From: Clostridiales bacterium | Lineage (GTDB): Bacteria; Bacillota; Clostridia; Oscillospirales; CAG-272 | Reading direction: 5' to 3' | Assembly (NCBI GenBank): GCA_016282315.1 | Contig: JAEEKG010000103.1 | Span: 6,749 to 70,748, forward strand | Length of the DNA: 64,000 nt | Shown here: one piece after another, positions 1 through 8,700 of the stretch | Position numbering within the stretch: position 1 is the first letter of the stretch | Layout of the letters: every line of letters begins with the position of its first letter | Program-made: the position numbers and the translations under genes | The notes under the pieces: model-generated | The model's input: only the letters and a program-made list of their open reading frames with translations | Database searches by the model: none | Told to the model about the DNA's origin: nothing

Positions 1-1
1 C

Positions 2-2086
2 ACAATCGACCTTAATCCTAATGCAGTTTGGGAAAACGGCGAAAAAATTAATGCCGACACATACGTTTACTCAATGAAGAGATTGCTCGATCCTGAATTG
101 CTCAACTACAGAGCTCAGGACTATATCATAGGCAGTTTACAGATTGCTAACGGCGCTGAATACTACTACCAGGGCACAACAGCTTATATGCCTATCGGCG
201 TTACAACATCTGAATACCTCGCAGCAGGCGGTAAAGTAGAAGATCTTTACATTGACGTTGTTAATTTCTGGGGTGTTGATGATTCTTACGTTGATGCAAA
301 CGGCAATGTTTCTCCACAATATGTTTCAGTAACAGATGAAACAGTTTATGGCGAATCTGTTGACGATGCTTTCTCAGGCGCAGATCTTTACGACGTATAC
401 TTTGGACCAGGTGCAGCTTATGAAGCATACAGCCCAGATTACGTATACTATGCAGTTGTTTACCCAGCAGGCGTAAGCTTCGATGTAGTAGGTATCAAGA
501 AGACTGGCGAATATCAGATTATGCTCGTATTTGCTAAATCTCTTGCCGGATTCAATCTTCTTTACAACCTTTCATCCAACTGGATTGTAAACCAGACATT
601 ATATGAAGCTAACCTTTCTAAAGTCGGTGATACAGATGCTTGGGCTAGCACATACAACACATCAGTTGAAACAACACTTTCTTATGGTCCATATAAGCTC
701 GTTTCTTATCAGAAAGACAAATCAATGAGATTTGAAAAGAACGACAAATGGTATGGTTACACAGACGGACAGCATGTATATGTTGATCCTACAGATGGCA
801 AGACATATGAATTCTACCAGACAACTGCAATCGACTGCCAGGTCGTTTCAGAAACAGGTACAAGAAAGCTTATGTTCTTAAAAGGCGAGCTTATGACTTA
901 CGGTCTTCAGTCCGATGACGTAGCTGAATATCGTAACAGCGAATATTGTTATGTATCTCCTTCAGAAACAATCTTCTTCTTCATCTTCAATGGTTATGAA
1001 GAACAACTCGCAAAGAGAGAAGCAAATGAAGGATTCGATACAACAAAGTATGACCTCCAGACAATGGCTCTTAAGTCATTCAGAAAAGCAATTGCTGTAA
1101 CATACGACAAAGAAGCTCTTTGCCAGGCATTGTTCCCGGATTGCTCTCCTGGTTTCGGTATTATAGGTGACATGTACATCTACGATCCTGATACAGGTGC
1201 TAAATATCGTGACACTGATGTTGCTAAACAGGCACTTTGTGAATTCTACAGTGTAGATGTTTCTAAGTTTGATAGCTTGGATGACGCTGTTGATTCAATC
1301 ACAGGTTATGACCCTGTAACAGCTAAGAAATACTTCAACGAGGCATTCACAGAAGCTCTTGAAAAGGGTTATATCACAGATACAGATAAAGACGGCAAAT
1401 CAGATCAGACATTGAGAATCGAATACTGCTGCTCTTCAGAAGTAAATGAAAGAATGCAACAGAGAATCGATCTTCTTAACGAAAAAGTAAATGAAGTTGC
1501 TGCTGGCACTCCATTTGAAGGAAAGATTGAATACTATCCATCAGCTCCATACGGCACTGACTGGTCAACAAAGATCAGACAGGGTCTTTCAGACGTTGTA
1601 TTGGGTGGTTGGTCAGGTTCAGCTCTTGACCCATTCGGCCTCACAGACCTCTATGTAAACCCAGAAAGATCTTATGACGGCGCTTGGTTCGAAGCAGGAA
1701 AAGTTAATGTTACAATGACATTACCTATTGACGGCAAAGACACTGAAATCACAATGAACCTCAAGGCTTGGTCCGATGCTCTTAACGGAACAGCTTCAAA
1801 GGACAGCAAGGGCGACACATACAACTTCGGCGAAGGCCAGGTTGATATCCAGGTAAGACTTGCAATCCTTGCTAAGATCGAAGCTACAGTTCTTCAGACA
1901 TACGACTACATTCCTTGTATCCAGGATGGTAGCTTGTTCCTCTTGACTCAACAGGCTTACTATGTAATTGAAGAATACAACCCAATCCTTGGTCGTGGTG
2001 GTATTGCATACCTCAAGTACAACTACAATGACGAAGACTGGGCTGCATACGTTGCTAGCCAGGCAGATGGCAAACTCAGTTATTAA
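2..2086 (+). CDS. ABC transporter substrate-binding protein, family 5 (OppA/DppA-like); 5' end lies outside the window
   Basis: The frame is open from base 2 (..TIDLNPNAVWENGEKINADTYVYSMKRLLDP..), which matches the usual N-terminal block of family-5 peptide-binding proteins. The M at 74 in the ORF track is therefore internal. Two permease genes and two ATPase genes follow. Confidence 0.85.
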   Translation, partial: TIDLNPNAVWENGEKINADTYVYSMKRLLDPELLNYRAQDYIIGSLQIANGAEYYYQGTTAYMPIGVTTSEYLAAGGKVEDLYIDVVNFWGVDDSYVDANGNVSPQYVSVTDETVYGESVDDAFSGADLYDVYFGPGAAYEAYSPDYVYYAVVYPAGVSFDVVGIKKTGEYQIMLVFAKSLAGFNLLYNLSSNWIVNQTLYEANLSKVGDTDAWASTYNTSVETTLSYGPYKLVSYQKDKSMRFEKNDKWYGYTDGQHVYVDPTDGKTYEFYQTTAIDCQVVSETGTRKLMFLKGELMTYGLQSDDVAEYRNSEYCYVSPSETIFFFIFNGYEEQLAKREANEGFDTTKYDLQTMALKSFRKAIAVTYDKEALCQALFPDCSPGFGIIGDMYIYDPDTGAKYRDTDVAKQALCEFYSVDVSKFDSLDDAVDSITGYDPVTAKKYFNEAFTEALEKGYITDTDKDGKSDQTLRIEYCCSSEVNERMQQRIDLLNEKVNEVAAGTPFEGKIEYYPSAPYGTDWSTKIRQGLSDVVLGGWSGSALDPFGLTDLYVNPERSYDGAWFEAGKVNVTMTLPIDGKDTEITMNLKAWSDALNGTASKDSKGDTYNFGEGQVDIQVRLAILAKIEATVLQTYDYIPCIQDGSLFLLTQQAYYVIEEYNPILGRGGIAYLKYNYNDEDWAAYVASQADGKLSY

Positions 2087-2127
2087 TCTAGATAAGTTAA
2101 ATTAGATATATAACTTAACCAAGATTA

Positions 2128-2155
2128 CCGCAAGGGCGTGCAAACGCCCTTGCGG
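2128..2155 (+). terminator. Hairpin after the binding-protein gene (possible partial terminator/attenuator before the permease genes)
   Basis: Perfect 11-bp stem ccgcaagggcg / cgcccttgcgg with a 6-nt loop. The trailing T-run is weak, and further AT-rich hairpins follow at about 2202-2228 and 2247-2276. Confidence 0.45.
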
Positions 2156-2324
2156 CAATGTCTTAATTAGAAAAGGGTTGTTTTTTTGGTATATTTCATT
2201 AAGACACAAATATTTATTTGTGTTTTAACCAAATATATCACCGAATAATCTTTTGATTTTGGTGATTATTACTACATTTGTTTTTCGTAATATATATTAA
2301 GTTTTCACTCGATTGGAGGAAACA

Positions 2325-3278
2325 ATGTTAAAATACACGTTGCAAAGAATTGTTTTAATGTTCTTTACCTTATTTATCATAACACTTATGTGTTTTGTAC
2401 TTGTCAGGATGTTACCGCCTGTTGAGCTGCCTATTGAGGATCCACACGCAGTAGTTATAGCTCAAAGACGTGAAGCTATGGGGTACAATAAGCCATATCT
2501 TGTTCAGTTTGGAATCTTTTTGAAAGATGTATTCACTAGATTTGACTGGGGCATAAGTGACAAACTATATTTTGGACAACCCGTAGCTGATATATTTCTT
2601 GAAAAGCTTCCGGCTACATGTATAGTTAATTTCTATTCAATTATTTTGAGCATACCAATAGGTATTATGCTTGGAATTTTTGCAGCACTCAAGAAGAATA
2701 CATGGATAGACCACGCTATATCCACACTTACGATGATAGTAATATCCGTTCCATCTTTTGTGTATGCATTCTTAATTCAGTATTTCCTGTCATTTAAACT
2801 TGGATGGTTCCCATTCTTGATGAAGGCAGGAACCGACTATTTCTCGCCAGAGATGTTTGTAAGTATGTTGCCCGCAGTTCTTTCTTTGTCATTTGGTGTC
2901 ATAGCCGGATTTACAAGAACAACTCGTGCCGAATTGACAGAAGTGCTTACAAGCGAATTCATGCTTTTGGCTAGAACAAAAGGTTTGACAAGAGGCCAAG
3001 CAACAGTACGTCACGCACTTAAAAACTGCATGGTAGTTGTTGTTCCAGCTATTTTCGGTGAGTTTATCGGAATTATGGGCGGTTCACTTATCATTGAGAA
3101 GATATTCTCAGTACCTGGTGTTGGCAGCTTGTATATAAACTCAATCAACGGACGTGACTATGCAATGTTTATGTTGCTCACAGTTTTCTATACGGTTATC
3201 GGTTTGCTAGCAAGCATAATTGTAGATATCAGTTATGGCTTCATTGACCCGCGTATCCGTATGGGTTCAAAGAAATGA
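2325..3278 (+). CDS. Peptide ABC transporter permease (OppB/DppB-like)
   Basis: Six-TM-type hydrophobic profile with the EAA-like loop (ARTKGLTRGQATVRHALKN) typical of OppB/DppB. ATG 2325 sits 4 nt after GGAGGA (2315-2320); the TTG at 2313 in the ORF track is unlikely to be the start. Confidence 0.9.
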   Translation: MLKYTLQRIVLMFFTLFIITLMCFVLVRMLPPVELPIEDPHAVVIAQRREAMGYNKPYLVQFGIFLKDVFTRFDWGISDKLYFGQPVADIFLEKLPATCIVNFYSIILSIPIGIMLGIFAALKKNTWIDHAISTLTMIVISVPSFVYAFLIQYFLSFKLGWFPFLMKAGTDYFSPEMFVSMLPAVLSLSFGVIAGFTRTTRAELTEVLTSEFMLLARTKGLTRGQATVRHALKNCMVVVVPAIFGEFIGIMGGSLIIEKIFSVPGVGSLYINSINGRDYAMFMLLTVFYTVIGLLASIIVDISYGFIDPRIRMGSKK

Positions 3279-3297
3279 TTTGCGGAGGGTAGTGACT

Positions 3298-4830
3298 ATG
3301 GATAATAATTTTGAACACATTCCGCAAGAGATGTTTGAATTTGTTCAAACTAATGCAAATTTACACGATACAAAATTCAAGACAAAGGCCAGAGGCTATT
3401 TTGCGGATGCTTTTATTCGTTTTAAGAAGAACAAATCTTCTGTTGTTGCCGCTGTAATTATCATATTCCTTATATTCTTTGCCATTGTTGCTCCAATTAT
3501 TTCTCCTTATGACATAAAGCAGAAAGATAAAATTTTTATTAACTATCCTCCTTTTGTCGAAGAAATAGCTAATGCTCATATAGGCATAATGGATGGCGGA
3601 GTAGTGTACGACAGCCAGAACGAAAACCAGATGCTTCTGTTTAAAGCTATCGAACAAGAAACAGGCAGAAACCCTGTCCTGCAAGTTCTTGACACAATTG
3701 AGAAAGAGACACTCAAACGCGGACAGGTTATTAAAGTTAAATCTTACAAAGTCAGAGTTAACAGATTTTATACCTTGGGTATGAAATATATGACTCTGTC
3801 ATATGAAGAATTTGCAAGGATTCAAGAGTTCCAGAACGAAACCGGAATTCAGGTTATATTCCCATATGTTGAACCAAAAGACATAGCAGGAATTTCAGAT
3901 AACCCTAATATTTGGTATAAAGTTACAGACAGCAAGGGTGTTCCTGCTTTGGATAAAGACGGAAATCTAGTTCCGGCATATTCAAAATCCACATCAAAAG
4001 CCGGAGCTGAATACAACAGCCTCAGAATTGAAGGCGACGACGGCAGTTACATCTACAGCATTGCAAAATCAGGTGCTGTACAGTGCAGAATTGACTATTA
4101 TGACTACTACAAGTACATCAATGGACATGCTCCCATGTACATTTTCGGAACAAACAGCATTGGTCAGGACTTGTTCTGCGCTATAGGCATAGGTGCCAGA
4201 TTCTCATTGGTATTTGCAATACTTGTTTCCGCAATCAACCTTACAATAGGTGCCATTTATGGTGCTATTCAGGGTTATTACGGAGGCGCAGTTGACTTAG
4301 TAATGGACAGAATAGCAGATATTTTGTACGAAGTGCCGTTTATGGTTGTTGCTACTTTGTTCCAGCTCCATCTCGCTGCGAAAGTGGGCGTTGTCCCGTC
4401 GTTCCTGTTTGCGTTTGTTCTGACGGGATGGATAGGAATGGCGGCTTTGACAAGAAAACAATTCTACAGGTTCAAGGGTCAGGAATATGTTCTTGCAGCT
4501 AAAACTTTGGGTGCAAGAGACTCAAGAATCATGTTTAAGCACATTTTCCCGAACGCTCTCGGTACAATAATTACAAGCTGCGTACTTGTAATTCCGGGTG
4601 TAATCAGTTCAGAAACAACCCTCACATACCTTGGAATAGTTAACCTTTCCGAATTTGCAGGTACAAGCATCGGTACGTTAATGGCTCAGGGACAGGCTGC
4701 GATGACAACATCACCTCACGCCATGTTCTTCCCGGCATTATTCGTTTCATTGCTGCTCATTACTTTCAACTTGTTTGGTAATGGTTTGCGCGATGCGTTT
4801 AACCCATCAACAAGAGGAGTGGAGGATTAA
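3298..4830 (+). CDS. Peptide ABC transporter permease (OppC/DppC-like) with a ~200-aa extracytoplasmic insertion after TM1
   Basis: It has an OppC_N-like start (FADAFIRFKKNKSSVVAAVIIIF..), then about 200 aa of soluble sequence before the conserved GTNSIGQDLF..GARFSL block and an EAA loop (AAKTLGARDSRIMFKHIFPN). ATG 3298 is preceded by GGAGGG. Confidence 0.9.
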   Translation: MDNNFEHIPQEMFEFVQTNANLHDTKFKTKARGYFADAFIRFKKNKSSVVAAVIIIFLIFFAIVAPIISPYDIKQKDKIFINYPPFVEEIANAHIGIMDGGVVYDSQNENQMLLFKAIEQETGRNPVLQVLDTIEKETLKRGQVIKVKSYKVRVNRFYTLGMKYMTLSYEEFARIQEFQNETGIQVIFPYVEPKDIAGISDNPNIWYKVTDSKGVPALDKDGNLVPAYSKSTSKAGAEYNSLRIEGDDGSYIYSIAKSGAVQCRIDYYDYYKYINGHAPMYIFGTNSIGQDLFCAIGIGARFSLVFAILVSAINLTIGAIYGAIQGYYGGAVDLVMDRIADILYEVPFMVVATLFQLHLAAKVGVVPSFLFAFVLTGWIGMAALTRKQFYRFKGQEYVLAAKTLGARDSRIMFKHIFPNALGTIITSCVLVIPGVISSETTLTYLGIVNLSEFAGTSIGTLMAQGQAAMTTSPHAMFFPALFVSLLLITFNLFGNGLRDAFNPSTRGVED

Positions 4831-4832
4831 TT

Positions 4833-7007
4833 ATGGAATTAGAGAAGAAATTATCTGTAAAAGATCTGACAATCTCCTTCAGGACATCCAATGGTAAAGT
4901 TCAGGCAGTAAGAGGTATAAATTTCGATTTATACAAAGGCGAAACACTTGCAATAGTTGGTGAGTCAGGCTCAGGAAAATCCGTTACTTCAAAAGCCATT
5001 CTGGGCATTCTTGCAGGCAACTCCATTATGGAGGGCGGAGAGATCATTTACGATGGCAAGGACTTGTTGAAAATAAGCGAAGATGATTTCCATAGAATCC
5101 GCGGAGACAAGATTGCCATGATCTTCCAGGATCCTATGTCAAGCCTTAACCCTATCGTAAGGATAGGCAGACAGCTTACTGAAGCAATGATCCTAAAAGG
5201 CAAGGCTAGACAAAAAGAGAGCAGAAAGAACTTCAACGAAAAGCTTGCTCTTCTTTGCGAAAACATGAAAAAGGCTGTTGCTCCGAATGATCCCGAAAAA
5301 GCAAAAGCCATCGATCTTAAGTGTAAACATTTTGATAAATTCGAATATAAGCATCTTGATCTTGAATCTGAATTCAATGTTGCGCATGAAGCAGCAAATG
5401 AAGCAGTGTTTGATCTTGAAAATATCATATTCGAACTTACCAAAAAAACAAAAAGAGATCTCAACTACAGAATTAGCAACGATAAGAAGCTTGCATTAAG
5501 GTCAATCCACAAATATGTTGTTAATGACAGAGCAGAAGAATTAAAGAACTATGTTTCTCAGATTTCTTCCGAGTACAATAAAATCAAAAAATCCGATGAT
5601 TTTTCCGGTCTTATAGACATACTTACTAAAGTCAAAGACATTTTGTCTGAGGCATTAGCATTTACAAAACCAAACTTTTTCTCAATGGGTTATTATCTCA
5701 CATTCAGCGGCCAGGAATTGCCTGATATGAAAGTTGAAGACCTGAACACCTACTTGAGAAAGTATCTTGACGACAACTTTATGCTCGATTTCATCAAGGA
5801 TGAAAAAGAAGCTATTATGTATTCAGCTAATGAATCATACAGAGAGAAAGAAGAGGCTATTTCGTTCTTGAACCACCATCTTGATGCTTTCAAAAAAGAC
5901 AAGTTGGATAGAGCAGAATGTCTCAAAGCGTGGAAATCTTTGTCAAAAGAAGTTGAAGAAGGTATAGATAAACTGGAACTTGTAAAAGATAGTTTCGCAT
6001 ATACTTTCTCTTCCGGCTTGAGAACTGAAATTGATGCATATTTCAATGCAATCGTCAAGAACGAAAAAGAAACGAAGCGATTTGAAAAAGATACAAAGAG
6101 ATATAACAACCAGCAGGCTAAGGGTAAGAATCCTGATTGGGCTGTTGTTCCTGCATCCATCACAGATCTCGAACTAAAAAAGCGTAATATAGTCAGACAG
6201 GTTGAGCGTCTTTGCGATCACTACACCGATAAGATCAAAGCTAAAGATAGCAGAGATTACGACAAAGAAGCAGTAGATATGATAGATTATCTCAAGGAAC
6301 AAGCTTCTGGTGTTGTTACAAAAGTTACAAAGACAATGGCTAAGAATAAGGCTATCAAACTTATGGAAGAAGTTGGTATCCCTGAGCCAAGAAAGAGATA
6401 CAGACAATATCCGTTTGAGTTCTCAGGCGGTATGAGACAGAGAATAGTTATAGCAATTGCTCTTGCGGCAAATCCGGATATCCTTATCTGTGATGAACCT
6501 ACAACAGCTCTTGACGTTACAATTCAGTCCCAGATTCTTGAACTTATCAATGACTTCAAGAAACGTCGTAATCTTTCAGTTATATTCATCACACACGATC
6601 TGGGCGTTGTTGCTAACATGGCTGACAGAGTTGCAGTTATGTATGCAGGCAAAATAGTTGAATACGGAACAGCTGACGATATCTTCTATCACTCAGCGCA
6701 TCCATACACATGGGCTTTGCTCTCATCAATGCCTGATCTTGATACAAACGAAAAACTTGATGCAATTCCGGGCACACCTCCGAATATGATTTATCCGCCG
6801 GTAGGTGATGCGTTTGCTCAGCGTAATAAGTATGCTATGAAGATTGACTTTGAACGTCAACCTCCTATGTTCAAGATAACAGATACCCATTATGCTGCTA
6901 CATGGTTACTGCACCCGGATGCACCAAAGATTGACCCACCTAAGGTTATTACAGACAGAATTGAAAGAATGAAACAGAGAAGAGGTGGTAATAATGCCGA
7001 ACAATGA
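4833..7007 (+). CDS. Peptide ABC transporter ATP-binding protein (OppD/DppD-like) with a ~380-aa insertion
   Basis: Motifs present: Walker A GESGSGKS, Q-loop MIFQDP, signature FSGGMRQR, Walker B ILICDEPTTALD, H-loop ITHD and the C-terminal HPYT oligopeptide-ABC extension. A K/E/D-rich segment (about nt 5210-6350) separates the Q-loop region from the signature motif. Confidence 0.9.
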   Translation: MELEKKLSVKDLTISFRTSNGKVQAVRGINFDLYKGETLAIVGESGSGKSVTSKAILGILAGNSIMEGGEIIYDGKDLLKISEDDFHRIRGDKIAMIFQDPMSSLNPIVRIGRQLTEAMILKGKARQKESRKNFNEKLALLCENMKKAVAPNDPEKAKAIDLKCKHFDKFEYKHLDLESEFNVAHEAANEAVFDLENIIFELTKKTKRDLNYRISNDKKLALRSIHKYVVNDRAEELKNYVSQISSEYNKIKKSDDFSGLIDILTKVKDILSEALAFTKPNFFSMGYYLTFSGQELPDMKVEDLNTYLRKYLDDNFMLDFIKDEKEAIMYSANESYREKEEAISFLNHHLDAFKKDKLDRAECLKAWKSLSKEVEEGIDKLELVKDSFAYTFSSGLRTEIDAYFNAIVKNEKETKRFEKDTKRYNNQQAKGKNPDWAVVPASITDLELKKRNIVRQVERLCDHYTDKIKAKDSRDYDKEAVDMIDYLKEQASGVVTKVTKTMAKNKAIKLMEEVGIPEPRKRYRQYPFEFSGGMRQRIVIAIALAANPDILICDEPTTALDVTIQSQILELINDFKKRRNLSVIFITHDLGVVANMADRVAVMYAGKIVEYGTADDIFYHSAHPYTWALLSSMPDLDTNEKLDAIPGTPPNMIYPPVGDAFAQRNKYAMKIDFERQPPMFKITDTHYAATWLLHPDAPKIDPPKVITDRIERMKQRRGGNNAEQ

Positions 7008-8211
7008 AGAAGTATTATTAAAAGTTGATCACCTCTGCCAGTATTTTAAAATGGGCAGCTCTGAATTGAAAGCTGTTGATGATGTCAGTTTCGACATCAA
7101 GAAAGGCGAAGTATTCGGTCTGGTTGGCGAATCAGGATGTGGTAAAACCACTACCGGTCGTTCAATTATCAAAATATATGACATTACATCAGGAGACATC
7201 TTCTTCAAAGGTATAAGAATAGGAGCAGGTGTAAGGTCATATAAGAACAAAAAACGCGAAGCAAAAAAAGAGTATTTAGAGAATAAATCCAAAGAAACCG
7301 ATCCGGCTAAACTTGCTGCAATGAAGCAAGAATATAAAGCGGTTGTTTCTGAGCAAAACAAGCAGATCAAGGCTGCAAAGCATGATCAGAAAAAATGCGA
7401 TAAAGAGTATCAGAAAAAACGGGTCGTTGAGGTCAAGGAACAATATCTTCCTATGATTGAAAAAGCTTCAGAAAGCGAAAAGAGTTCAATCAGGAAAGAG
7501 TATAATAACGAATTGAGAAAAGCTAAAAAAACTAAGCTCGTAACTCAGATTCAGATGATATTCCAAGATCCTATAGCTTCTTTGGATCCTCGTATGACAG
7601 TAAGAGAAATTATTTCCGAAGGTTTGATCATCCAGGGTGAGAGAAACAAAGAAGTAATCAACAAAAAAGTATACGAGATGCTCGAGCTTGTCGGTCTTGT
7701 AAGAGAACATGCTTCAAGATACCCACATGAGTTCTCAGGTGGTCAGAGACAGCGTATCGGAGTAGCAAGATCCATAATAATGAATCCTGAACTGATAATT
7801 GCCGATGAACCTGTTTCAGCTCTTGACGTGTCAATTCAAGCTCAAGTTATCAACTTGCTCAATGATTTGCGCAAACAATTCGGTCTGACAATAATGTTCA
7901 TAGCGCATGACTTGTCTGTTGTTAAGTATTTCTCAGACAGAATCGGCGTTATGTATTTCGGTAAAATGGTTGAATTGGCAACTTCAGAAGAATTGTTCAA
8001 GAACCCACTTCACCCATACACCAAGAGTTTGCTTTCAGCTATTCCGTTGCCGGATCCTGATTATGAAAAACAGAGAAAGAGAATTGTTTACAATCCTTTG
8101 GAATCTCACGATTATTCAGTATCCAAACCATCAATGCACGAAATAACTCCGGGACATCTCATCTATTGTAATGATGAAGAACTCGAAAAGTATCGCACAG
8201 AATTAAAATGA
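6994..8211 (+). CDS. Peptide ABC transporter ATP-binding protein (OppF/DppF-like) with a ~100-aa insertion
   Basis: Motifs present: Walker A GESGCGKTT, MIFQDP, FSGGQRQR, IIADEPVSALD, IAHD and HPYT. A Lys/Glu-rich insert (about nt 7225-7540) lies between the Walker A region and the Q-loop. ATG 6994 follows AGAGGTGG and overlaps the end of the upstream gene. Confidence 0.9.
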   Translation: MPNNEEVLLKVDHLCQYFKMGSSELKAVDDVSFDIKKGEVFGLVGESGCGKTTTGRSIIKIYDITSGDIFFKGIRIGAGVRSYKNKKREAKKEYLENKSKETDPAKLAAMKQEYKAVVSEQNKQIKAAKHDQKKCDKEYQKKRVVEVKEQYLPMIEKASESEKSSIRKEYNNELRKAKKTKLVTQIQMIFQDPIASLDPRMTVREIISEGLIIQGERNKEVINKKVYEMLELVGLVREHASRYPHEFSGGQRQRIGVARSIIMNPELIIADEPVSALDVSIQAQVINLLNDLRKQFGLTIMFIAHDLSVVKYFSDRIGVMYFGKMVELATSEELFKNPLHPYTKSLLSAIPLPDPDYEKQRKRIVYNPLESHDYSVSKPSMHEITPGHLIYCNDEELEKYRTELK

Positions 8212-8636
8212 GTAAGATCAAGCCTGAAGATAAATCAAAATTGATGATTGGCTATATCGTAAGCGGTGTAGTTCTCTTGGCTGGAATAATTGCAATGTTG
8301 TTTTATAAACAAGTATTTACTCAAACTGAAGCAAAGAATGTATTTGGCGCTTTGTCAGATTCGTTCTTTGTTCCGGGAGTAATATTTGTAGGCATCGGAG
8401 GGTTGAGCAAGCTTTCTACCTTTGGTGCATATGACACATTCGGATATTTGTTCTCAAGGTTTTCCTTTCACAATTTCTGGGTAACAGGAGCCAAGAGAAA
8501 AAAATATGACAGCTTATATGATTACAAACAGGAAAAAGACAAAAAAGGGCGCTCGTGGCTTCCTTATGTTTTCTGGACAGGCGTTGTTTCCTGTGGAATC
8601 AGTATAGTTCTATTGATCATATATTTATCAATCTGA
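8208..8636 (+). CDS. Small membrane protein, DUF3899-like
   Basis: The ATG overlaps the OppF stop (ATGA), suggesting translational coupling. It has two N-terminal and one C-terminal hydrophobic helices, and the FGAYDTFGYLFSRF block resembles the DUF3899 family. The family call is from memory only. Confidence 0.65.
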   Translation: MSKIKPEDKSKLMIGYIVSGVVLLAGIIAMLFYKQVFTQTEAKNVFGALSDSFFVPGVIFVGIGGLSKLSTFGAYDTFGYLFSRFSFHNFWVTGAKRKKYDSLYDYKQEKDKKGRSWLPYVFWTGVVSCGISIVLLIIYLSI

Positions 8637-8638
8637 TT

Positions 8639-8666
8639 GCAATCCCTTCGTATGTAAGGGATTGTT
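8639..8666 (+). terminator. Rho-independent-type hairpin after the opp genes
   Basis: Stem gcaatccctt / aagggattg(t) with a 7-nt loop, followed by ttatatt. Confidence 0.5.
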
Positions 8667-8700
8667 ATATTAAACGAGAATAAAAAAATGTAGGTGAAAA

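Noticed and set aside
2313-3297. Upstream alternative starts given by the ORF track (TTG 2313, 3235, GTG 6985, 10635, 21584, 22016, 26386, 31089, 32315, 58029, 60288, 40783)
   Set aside because: In each case a downstream in-frame ATG sits 4-9 nt after a GGAGG-like RBS and matches the usual family N-terminus. The upstream extension also overlaps terminators, promoters or the preceding gene.
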